Assembly (NCBI GenBank): GCA_964487005.1
Contig: CAZAPO010000269.1
Span: 5,612-69,611, forward strand
DNA length: 64,000 nucleotides
DNA from: an uncultured Flavobacteriaceae bacterium
Lineage (GTDB): Bacteria > Bacteroidota > Bacteroidia > Flavobacteriales > Flavobacteriaceae
Reading direction: 5' to 3'
Shown here: piece after piece, positions 50,321-58,216 of the stretch
Layout: each line of letters begins with the position of its first letter
Position numbering within the stretch: position 1 is the stretch's first letter
Translations under genes and position numbers: made by a program
The notes under the pieces: generated by a model
Databases searched by the model: none
Told to the model about the DNA's origin: nothing
What the model saw: only the letters and a program-made list of their open reading frames with translations

Positions 50321-51061
50321 TTAAATGGCTTGTGACATTTCACTTTGAAAAGCAAAAAATGCTCGCTTAGATGCTTTTTCCTCTGCCTTCTTTTTTGAAG
50401 TAGCTCTTGCCTTAGCAATAACCTTGTTATTTATTGATAATCTAACCGAAAAATGTTTAAGTTCGTCTCTGCCAGTATCTTCATAAACATTATAATTAAA
50501 AGTTTTCTTTTCTTTTTGACACCACTCGATTAATAAACTTTTATAGCTAATCACCTTACCCTCAAGTTTCTCAATATCGACATGTGGATAAATAACGCGA
50601 TCATAAATAAATTTTTCACATTGTGAATAGCCCTTATCTAAGAAGATAGCCCCAACTAAAGCTTCAAATAAGTTTCCATGTATATTGTTCCCAAAATTCC
50701 CTTTAGGAATTTTGCTCTCTACCATGTCAATTAGATCGAGTTCGCGTCCTAATTCATTGAGGTGTTCTCTACTTACAATTTTTGAGCGCATTTTGGTTAA
50801 ATAACCTTCATCACCTTGAGGAACTTCATTATATAGATGAGTAGCTATGACAGAACTTAGCATGGCATCACCAACAAATTCAAGCCTTTCATAATTAATT
50901 GGAATGCCTTTTTCGTCACGCACATTCATTGATCTATGCGTAAATGCTTTTTTGTATAACGCTATATTTTTAGGTTTAAAACCTAAGGTTTTTTCTAAAT
51001 AAACAAAAAAATTCCCGTCCTGTTTGGAGCGGGAATTTAGTATGTTACGAATGAATTTCAT
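50321..51061 (-). CDS. rnc: Ribonuclease III
   Basis: AFTHRS, YERLEFVGDA, FEALVGAIFLD, dsRBD. Confidence 0.95.
   Translation of the reverse strand: MKFIRNILNSRSKQDGNFFVYLEKTLGFKPKNIALYKKAFTHRSMNVRDEKGIPINYERLEFVGDAMLSSVIATHLYNEVPQGDEGYLTKMRSKIVSREHLNELGRELDLIDMVESKIPKGNFGNNIHGNLFEALVGAIFLDKGYSQCEKFIYDRVIYPHVDIEKLEGKVISYKSLLIEWCQKEKKTFNYNVYEDTGRDELKHFSVRLSINNKVIAKARATSKKKAEEKASKRAFFAFQSEMSQAI
51005..51038 (-). terminator. Terminator-like hairpin inside the 5' end of rnc
   Basis: Minus-strand AAUUCCCG(C)UCC-aaaca-GGACGGGAAUU running into a U7 tract. Confidence 0.5.
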
Positions 51062-51068
51062 TCGGGAT

Positions 51069-52319
51069 TTAGTCTATTTTCTTGAATAATACGCAAGCGT
51101 TATGTCCGCCAAATCCAAAGGTATTACTCATCGCTACTTTAACGTCTCGTTTTTGTGCTGTGTTTAAAATAAGATTCAAGTTAGGATCAATATTCTCATC
51201 TACAACCTTGTGATTTATCGTAGGAGGTACAATTCCGTGTTCTATTGCTAATATTGATGCAATAGCTTCAATTGCTCCAGCTGCTCCTAGCAAATGTCCT
51301 GTCATAGACTTTGTAGAATTTATGCTAATATTTTTTGCATGTTCCCCAAATACCTCGGTAATGGCTTTTAACTCAGCAACATCTCCAAGAGGTGTTGATG
51401 TACCGTGCGTATTAATATGATCTACCTCTTCTGGTGCAACACCAGCATTTTCTAAACAATTTCTCATTACTGCTATAACACCTATACCCTCAGGATGCGG
51501 AGCTGTCATATGATGAGCATCAGAAGACAAACCTCCTCCAATAACTTCGGCATAAATCTTAGCTCCTCTTGCTTTTGCATGTTCATAATCTTCAAGAATT
51601 ATTGCCCCTGCTCCTTCACCTAACACAAATCCATCTCTGGTTGCATCAAATGGCCTTGAAGCCGATTCTGGACTATCATTTCTTGTTGATAAAGCATGCA
51701 TAGCGTTAAAACCACCCATTCCAGCAATGGTCACAGCAGCTTCACTCCCGCCTGTTACAACAACGTCACAATGTCCTAAACGAATATAATTTAGTGCATC
51801 GATCATTGAATTGGCTGAAGAAGCGCACGCAGATACTGTGGTGTAATTAGGTCCCATAAATCCATGTTTAATGGATATGTTTCCAGGTGCAATATCTGCA
51901 ATCATTTTAGGGATAAAAAACGGATTGAATCTTGGTGTACCATCTCCAGAAGCAAAGTTTAAAACTTCGTTCTGGAAGGTCTCTAATCCTCCAATTCCAG
52001 CTCCCCAAATAACACCTACTCGTAATTTGTTAATCGTATCTAAATCTAGTTTCGCATCTGCAATAGCTTCATCTGAAGCAACCATTGCGTATTGCGCAAA
52101 TCGATCCATCTTACGAGCTTCTTTTCTATCAAGAAAATCAGTTGCGTTAAAGTTCTTAACTTCACAAGCGAACTTCGTTTTGAACTTCTCAGTATCAAAA
52201 TAAGTTATAGGCGCCGCTCCACTCCTTCCATTAATTAGACCATCCCAATATTCATCTTTGGTATTGCCTATTGGAGTTAGCGCACCTAAACCAGTAACTA
52301 CTACTCGCTTTAATTCCAT
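51069..52319 (-). CDS. fabF: 3-oxoacyl-ACP synthase II
   Basis: VSACAS, HGTSTPLGD, TKSMTGHLLG, SNTFGFGG. Confidence 0.96.
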   Translation of the reverse strand: MELKRVVVTGLGALTPIGNTKDEYWDGLINGRSGAAPITYFDTEKFKTKFACEVKNFNATDFLDRKEARKMDRFAQYAMVASDEAIADAKLDLDTINKLRVGVIWGAGIGGLETFQNEVLNFASGDGTPRFNPFFIPKMIADIAPGNISIKHGFMGPNYTTVSACASSANSMIDALNYIRLGHCDVVVTGGSEAAVTIAGMGGFNAMHALSTRNDSPESASRPFDATRDGFVLGEGAGAIILEDYEHAKARGAKIYAEVIGGGLSSDAHHMTAPHPEGIGVIAVMRNCLENAGVAPEEVDHINTHGTSTPLGDVAELKAITEVFGEHAKNISINSTKSMTGHLLGAAGAIEAIASILAIEHGIVPPTINHKVVDENIDPNLNLILNTAQKRDVKVAMSNTFGFGGHNACVLFKKID

Positions 52320-52334
52320 AAAATAAAATATGAT

Positions 52335-52568
52335 TTATTTTGCGTCTTCGATATAAGATATAGCTTGACCTACTGTTGCAATGTTTTCAGCTTGATCATC
52401 TGGAATTTGGATATCGAATTCTTTTTCGAACTCCATTATTAATTCAACAGTGTCTAATGAATCTGCTCCCAAATCGTTAGTGAAGCTAGCTTCAGTTACC
52501 ACTTCATTTTCATCAACACCTAATTTGTCTACGATAATCGCTTTTACTCTTGATGCAATGTCTGACAT
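52335..52568 (-). CDS. acpP: Acyl carrier protein
   Basis: [11 protein letters not shown]; -7 element TATTTTTG at 52600-52607. Confidence 0.97.
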   Translation of the reverse strand: MSDIASRVKAIIVDKLGVDENEVVTEASFTNDLGADSLDTVELIMEFEKEFDIQIPDDQAENIATVGQAISYIEDAK

Positions 52569-52750
52569 AATCTTTAAATTTTAAGTTTTAATTAGGTCGC
52601 AAAAATAAAAAACTTTATTTTAAAACGCACCCTTACATTAAAAATGTAATGGTAATTTATGAATTTAAAATATAAGTAAATTGTTTTTGCTTCTAATTGT
52701 TAATATTTATTCTTTTTTTTGCGTGAACAATCCCAACATTATTGCTGTAA

Positions 52751-53320
52751 ATGAAGCGAGTAGTAATTTTTGCATCCGGGTCTGGATCTAATGCTGAAAA
52801 TTTAATAAGGTTTTTTCAAAATAAGGATAATGCCGCTGTCGTTCAGGTATTGACTAACAACCCTCATGCCAAAGTTATTGAACGATGTAAGAATTTAAAT
52901 ATCAGCTGTTTATCTTTCAATCGAACCGCTTTTTATACTACCAATGATATACTTAAAATTCTAAAAAGTCAATCACCAGATCTCATTGTTCTGGCTGGGT
53001 TTTTATGGAAATTCCCTGAGACCATTTTAAATGAATTCCCAAATAAAGTAATAAATATTCACCCCGCTTTATTGCCTAAATTTGGGGGAAAAGGAATGTT
53101 TGGAATGCATGTGCATGAAGCTGTTGTTTCTCAAAAAGAGACCGAAACCGGCATCACCATTCATTATGTAAACGAGAATTATGATGAAGGCGCCATAATT
53201 TTTCAAGCAAAATGTGAAGTTTTAGCAAGTGATAGTGCTAAAGACGTTGCCGCTAAAATTCACGAATTGGAAATGAAATATTTTCCAGAAGTCGTTGAAG
53301 ACTTACTAAATAAAAATTAA
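52751..53320 (+). CDS. purN: Phosphoribosylglycinamide formyltransferase
   Basis: ASGSGSN, LAGF, NIHPALLP, YDEG. Confidence 0.93.
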   Translation: MKRVVIFASGSGSNAENLIRFFQNKDNAAVVQVLTNNPHAKVIERCKNLNISCLSFNRTAFYTTNDILKILKSQSPDLIVLAGFLWKFPETILNEFPNKVINIHPALLPKFGGKGMFGMHVHEAVVSQKETETGITIHYVNENYDEGAIIFQAKCEVLASDSAKDVAAKIHELEMKYFPEVVEDLLNKN

Positions 53321-53387
53321 TAACATTAAGCATAGCTGAGATCTTTCGTAAGAAAATTAAAACTGAGCTTTGGCAGAAATGTCAAAT

Positions 53388-54029
53388 ATGAGTAAGCAGA
53401 AAAAGAAATATTATACGGTCTGGAAAGGTCACAACACTGGAGTTTTTGAATCTTGGGATGATTGCAAAGCACAGATCAAAGACTTTAAGGGAGCAATTTA
53501 TAAATCATTTTCGAGTTTTGATGCGGCAAAACGAGCCTTAAAAGATGATTATAAAAAGTATGTAGGCAAGCAAAAGAGTTTTCAAAGCGAGCTTAGTGAA
53601 GCCCAATTAAAAAAAATTGGGCAACCCAATTATTACTCAATTGCCGTTGATGCAGCTTCTAGCGGTAATCCTGGTAAAATGGAATATCGAGGTGTAGACA
53701 CTAAAACAAAGAAACAGCTTTTTATACAAGGCCCTTTTGAAGAAGGAACTAACAACATAGGTGAATTTTTAGCGCTTGTTCATGGTTTGGCCCTCCTAAA
53801 GAAAAAGGGAAGTGATAAAATTATTTATACCGATTCTAAGACAGCGCTAAGCTGGGTGAAAAAGAAGAATTGCAATACAAAGTTGGAACGTACCAAAAAC
53901 AATGAACCTTTGTTTGACCTTATAGATCGTGCCATTGTATGGTTGAAAAACAATTCTTACACTACTACCATTGTAAAATGGGAGACGAAAGCCTGGGGCG
54001 AAATTCCTGCCGATTTTGGAAGAAAATAA
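53388..54029 (+). CDS. rnhA: Ribonuclease H with N-terminal caulimovirus viroplasmin (hybrid-binding) domain
   Basis: YYTVWKG..TGVF.SW..C; VDAASSGNPG, TNNIGEFLA, YTDS, ADFGRK. Confidence 0.88.
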   Translation: MSKQKKKYYTVWKGHNTGVFESWDDCKAQIKDFKGAIYKSFSSFDAAKRALKDDYKKYVGKQKSFQSELSEAQLKKIGQPNYYSIAVDAASSGNPGKMEYRGVDTKTKKQLFIQGPFEEGTNNIGEFLALVHGLALLKKKGSDKIIYTDSKTALSWVKKKNCNTKLERTKNNEPLFDLIDRAIVWLKNNSYTTTIVKWETKAWGEIPADFGRK

Positions 54030-54108
54030 GGAGATTATCTCCTGGTCTGAGAAGTTTTTTTTAGGCACAAATTTTATGTAAGTTTGCACTGAATTTTTTA
54101 AGCACTTT

Positions 54109-55035
54109 ATGGGCAAATTAGTGATTGTTGGAACAGTAGCTTTTGATGCTATTGAAACTCCATTTGGGAAGACAGATAAAATACTTGGGGGAGCTGGCAC
54201 TTTTATTGGTTTAGCAGCATCTCAATTTAATGTAGATTCTACTATAGTTTCTATAGTTGGTGGAGATTTTCCTCAAAAATATCTAGACCTTTTATCTGAT
54301 CGAAACATTGATATTTCTGGAATCGAAATTGTAAAAGAAGGAAAGACTTTTTTCTGGAGTGGGCTTTATCATAATGATATGAATTCAAGAGATACCCTGA
54401 TTACCGAATTAAATGTTTTAGCAGATTTTGAACCTGTGGTACCAGAAAGTTATAGGGATGCTAAAGTAGTAATGCTTGGAAATCTTCATCCATTGACACA
54501 AATTAGTGTATTAGATCAAATGAATACAAAACCAGAGTTAGTTGTTCTTGATACAATGAATTTCTGGATGGACAATGCTCTTGAAGATCTTTATACTGTT
54601 TTAAAACGTGTTGACGTAATAACAATAAATGACGAAGAAGCGAGGCAATTAACCGGAGAATATTCCTTAGTAGTTGCGGCACGTAAGATTCATGAAATGG
54701 GGCCAAAATATGTAGTGATTAAAAAGGGAGAACATGGTGCTTTATTATTTAATAACGACAATGTTTTTTATGCCCCAGCTTTGCCATTAGAAGAAGTTTT
54801 TGATCCAACAGGAGCTGGTGACACCTTTGCGGGTGGATTTACTGGATATTTAGCTAAGACTGACGATTTTTCTTTTGAAAATCTGAAGAAAGCCATTATT
54901 TACGGTTCAACCTTAGCTTCGTTCTGTGTAGAAAAGTTTGGAACTCTAAGAATGGAGGATTTAGACAGTAATGAAGTTCATTTGCGACTTCAGCAGTTTA
55001 AAGCATTAACACAATTTGAAATAGAATTAACATAA
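54109..55035 (+). CDS. PfkB family carbohydrate/nucleoside kinase
   Basis: DPTGAGDTFAGG, KKGEHG; -7 element TAAGTTTG at 54079-54086. Confidence 0.9.
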   Translation: MGKLVIVGTVAFDAIETPFGKTDKILGGAGTFIGLAASQFNVDSTIVSIVGGDFPQKYLDLLSDRNIDISGIEIVKEGKTFFWSGLYHNDMNSRDTLITELNVLADFEPVVPESYRDAKVVMLGNLHPLTQISVLDQMNTKPELVVLDTMNFWMDNALEDLYTVLKRVDVITINDEEARQLTGEYSLVVAARKIHEMGPKYVVIKKGEHGALLFNNDNVFYAPALPLEEVFDPTGAGDTFAGGFTGYLAKTDDFSFENLKKAIIYGSTLASFCVEKFGTLRMEDLDSNEVHLRLQQFKALTQFEIELT

Positions 55036-55041
55036 ACATGC

Positions 55042-55068
55042 AACGCGCTCAAAATTGAGCGCGTTTTT
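55042..55068 (+). terminator. Rho-independent terminator between pfkB and purF
   Basis: AACGCGCTCAA/TTGAGCGCGTT stem plus T tract. Confidence 0.75.
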
Positions 55069-55085
55069 ATTTAACAGCCAACAAA

Positions 55086-56984
55086 ATGAGTGATGCTATA
55101 AAACATGAATGTGGAATTGCACATGTTAGACTTTTAAAACCACTTGAGTATTATAAAGAAAAATATGGAACCGCATTTTATGGCGTAAATAAAATGTATC
55201 TATTAATGGAAAAGCAGCACAATCGAGGTCAAGATGGTGCTGGATTTGCAAGTATTAAATTAGACACTAAACCTGGAGAAAGATACATAAGTCGAGTTCG
55301 CTCTATTCAAACGCAACCAATTCAGGATATTTTTGGTCAGATAAATAATCGAATAAATAAGGTTCTAACAGAAAATCCAGAATATGTCAATGATGTTGCG
55401 GCTCAAAAAAAGCATATCCCTTACATAGGCGAAGTGCTATTAGGCCATGTACGTTATGGTACTTTTGGCAAAAACAGCGTAGAAAGCGTTCATCCATTTT
55501 TAAGACAAAACAACTGGATGCATCGTAACCTCATATTGGCTGGTAATTTTAACATGACCAACGTAAAAGAGCTCTTTAATAATTTAGTTGAGTTAGGGCA
55601 ACATCCAAAAGAATATACTGACACCATAACCATAATGGAAAAGATTGGACACTTTCTGGATGATGCTGTAGGAAAAATATATAAAGATCTTAAAAAAGAA
55701 GGCTATAGTAAAAGTGAATGTTCTCCATTAATTGCCGAACGAATGAACGTAGCCAAAATTTTAAAACGTTCTTCAAAAAATTGGGATGGCGGATACGCCA
55801 TGGCCGGCTTATTGGGCCATGGTGACTCCTTTGTTTTAAGAGATCCTGCCGGAATTAGACCAGCATATTATTATATTGATGATGAGGTGGTAGTTGTTGC
55901 TTCTGAACGTCCTGTTATTCAAACTGCTTTCAATGTAAAATATGATGATGTTATTGAGCTAAAACCTGGACATGCAATCATCACGAAAAAGTCTGGTAAG
56001 GTTGCAATTAAAAAGATTCTAGAACCGCTTGAAAGAAAAGCTTGTTCTTTTGAACGAATTTACTTTTCTAGGGGTAGTGATGCTGAAATATATAAGGAAA
56101 GAAAGCATTTGGGTAAACTAATTATGCCGCAAGTGTTAGAAGCAATTAACGATGATATTAGAAATTCTGTTTTTTCGTATATCCCAAATACCGCTGAAAC
56201 CTCTTTCTTTGGTATGATTGAAACCGTAGAGGAATACTTAAATCAGAAGAAAACTAAAGCCATTTTAACTGGTAAACGAGAACTTTCGGCAGAAAAGGTT
56301 ACAGAAATTTTAGGAGAGCATCCCAGAATTGAAAAAGTTGCGATAAAGGATGCCAAACTAAGAACGTTTATTACCGAAGATAGTAGTAGAGACGATTTGG
56401 TAGCCCACGTATATGACGTTACGTATGGAATTATTAAACCCAATGACAATTTAGTAATTATTGACGACAGTATTGTGCGTGGAACCACGCTAAAGAAAAG
56501 TATTTTGAAAATGCTGGATCGATTAAATCCAAAGAAGATAGTAGTTGTATCGTCTGCACCACAAATACGTTATCCAGACTGCTATGGGATTGATATGGCT
56601 AATTTAGACAGTTTAATTGCATTCAAGGCTGCCTTAGCATTATTAAAAGACAATAATCTTTTTGACAAGGTAGAAGAAGTATATCATAAATGTAAGGCTC
56701 AGGTTAATCTTGAAGACAAGGAAGTAAAGAACTTCGTTAAAGAAATCTATGAACCTTTTACTGATCAACAGATTTCAGACAAAATATCTGATCTATTAAA
56801 GGATGAATCTGTTAAGGCGGAAGTAAAAATTATCTTTCAGTCTGTTGATAATCTTCACAAAGCATGCCCTAAGAATTTAGGAGATTGGTACTTCACTGGA
56901 AACTATCCAACCGTTGGTGGTAACCGAGTGGTTAACAGGGCTTTCATAAATTATTACGAAGGAAATAACGAGCGTGCATATTAG
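55086..56984 (+). CDS. purF: Amidophosphoribosyltransferase
   Basis: HECG N-terminal nucleophile Cys, HNRGQDG, GHVRY.T, CSFERIYF, IDDSIVRGTT. Confidence 0.92.
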   Translation: MSDAIKHECGIAHVRLLKPLEYYKEKYGTAFYGVNKMYLLMEKQHNRGQDGAGFASIKLDTKPGERYISRVRSIQTQPIQDIFGQINNRINKVLTENPEYVNDVAAQKKHIPYIGEVLLGHVRYGTFGKNSVESVHPFLRQNNWMHRNLILAGNFNMTNVKELFNNLVELGQHPKEYTDTITIMEKIGHFLDDAVGKIYKDLKKEGYSKSECSPLIAERMNVAKILKRSSKNWDGGYAMAGLLGHGDSFVLRDPAGIRPAYYYIDDEVVVVASERPVIQTAFNVKYDDVIELKPGHAIITKKSGKVAIKKILEPLERKACSFERIYFSRGSDAEIYKERKHLGKLIMPQVLEAINDDIRNSVFSYIPNTAETSFFGMIETVEEYLNQKKTKAILTGKRELSAEKVTEILGEHPRIEKVAIKDAKLRTFITEDSSRDDLVAHVYDVTYGIIKPNDNLVIIDDSIVRGTTLKKSILKMLDRLNPKKIVVVSSAPQIRYPDCYGIDMANLDSLIAFKAALALLKDNNLFDKVEEVYHKCKAQVNLEDKEVKNFVKEIYEPFTDQQISDKISDLLKDESVKAEVKIIFQSVDNLHKACPKNLGDWYFTGNYPTVGGNRVVNRAFINYYEGNNERAY

Positions 56985-57095
56985 CGAAAACATATGTTTT
57001 TCATCTTTTTATCTATAAAATTGAGCCTTTAAACTAAAAAAAGTGCAGTTCATCTAATATTTATAGCCTTTCACCAAAATCAATATACTTTAGTG

Positions 57096-57170
57096 TCACC
57101 ATAACATAAGTAGGTTAAGTTCATGGTAGATTTGGGGCAAAAAAAGGTGAACGCTTGTTCACCTTTTTTT
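57096..57170 (+). ncRNA. Putative small RNA, copy 1
   Basis: -7-like TACTTTAG at 57086-57093; 5' hairpin ACCATAAC/GTT(C)ATGGT; linker AGATTTGGGGC; terminator GGTGAAC/GTTCACC-T7; duplicated 252 bp downstream. Confidence 0.7.
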
Positions 57171-57347
57171 ATTGAACTTCACTAAGCATCTAACTTCTTG
57201 AAAATAAAAAAATTATCAGCCATTTTTTTAGTAAAAATCGTGGAAATGCCTGTTATTTCTGTGTTTTCGCTAATCACTGTTAGACTAATATATTAGTAGT
57301 TTGTCTAATAAATTTAAATAATAGAAATAATCGACATTATATTTACA

Positions 57348-57421
57348 TCACCATAACATAAGTAGGTTAAGTTTATGGTAGATTTGGGGCAAAAAAGGTG
57401 GACATTCTGTTCACCTTTTTT
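57348..57421 (+). ncRNA. Putative small RNA, copy 2
   Basis: 42 of the first 43 nt identical to copy 1; -7-like TATATTTA at 57338-57345 at the same offset; terminator GGTGGACA/TGTTCACC-T6 with a + strand G-U pair. Confidence 0.7.
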
Positions 57422-57441
57422 ATTTAATGACCAATTGGGGC

Positions 57442-57471
57442 AAAAAAAAGCAACCCAAACGAGTTGCTTTT
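57442..57471 (-). terminator. Terminator of the SOD gene
   Basis: Minus-strand AGCAACUC-guuu-GGGUUGCU followed by a U tract; the U-G wobble fits the minus strand. Confidence 0.8.
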
Positions 57472-57494
57472 AAATTTATATTGACAGTAATTAA

Positions 57495-58103
57495 TTACTT
57501 GGCTTCTGCATAACGTCTCTCAACCTCATTCCAATTAATTACATTAAAAAACGCCTGTATATAATCTGGTCTACGATTTTGATAATTTAAATAGTAGGCG
57601 TGTTCCCAAACATCTAATCCTAATATAGGAGTTGCACCGCATCCAATACCAGGCATTAATGGATTGTCTTGATTTGCAGTAGAACACACCTCAACGCGAC
57701 CACCTTTATGCACGCATAACCACGCCCATCCAGATCCAAATTGAGTAGCAGCGGCATTCGCAAATGCTTCTTTAAATGCATCAACTGAACCAAACTCTGC
57801 CTCAATAGCGTCTCTTAATTCACCAGATAAATAACCTTTACCTTCAGGATTCATTACATCCCAGAATAAAGAATGATTATAAAAACCTCCACCGTTATTT
57901 CTAACTGCTTTGTTATTCATATCTAAACCTGCTAGTATATCTTCAATTGACTTACCATCAAGATCAGTACCGTCAATTGCAGCATTTAATTTGGTGGTAT
58001 AACCATTATGATGTTTTGAGTGATGTATCTCCATGGTACGCGCATCAATATGTGGTTCTAGAGCGTCGTATGCATATTTTAATTTTGGTAATTCGAATGC
58101 CAT
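57495..58103 (-). CDS. sodA: Fe/Mn superoxide dismutase (Mn-type signature)
   Basis: [26 protein letters not shown]; -7 element TAAATTTG at 58139-58146. Confidence 0.92.
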   Translation of the reverse strand: MAFELPKLKYAYDALEPHIDARTMEIHHSKHHNGYTTKLNAAIDGTDLDGKSIEDILAGLDMNNKAVRNNGGGFYNHSLFWDVMNPEGKGYLSGELRDAIEAEFGSVDAFKEAFANAAATQFGSGWAWLCVHKGGRVEVCSTANQDNPLMPGIGCGATPILGLDVWEHAYYLNYQNRRPDYIQAFFNVINWNEVERRYAEAK

Positions 58104-58216
58104 AATATTTGTTTTTAATTGTTATTTATTTTCACAATCAAATTTACAATAATGCTTTAAGATTTATCTTATTAAGTTATTAAGAATACTTATTTTGGTA
58201 TAAAATTTTTCTTTTC

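Noticed and set aside
53388-54029. Viral origin suggested by the viroplasmin domain in RNase H
   Set aside because: It is the known hybrid-binding domain of many bacterial RNase HI proteins; no prophage context
57080-57124. Minus-strand micro-ORF MNLTYLCYGDTKVY in repeat copy 1 (type I toxin-antitoxin idea)
   Set aside because: The ATG is ATA in copy 2, the peptide is not TM-like, and the wobble pair favours + strand RNA
57096-57421. CRISPR array or IS ends as an explanation for the duplicated sequence
   Set aside because: Only two ~75-nt direct copies 252 bp apart, each with a terminator; no cas gene, transposase or terminal inverted repeats
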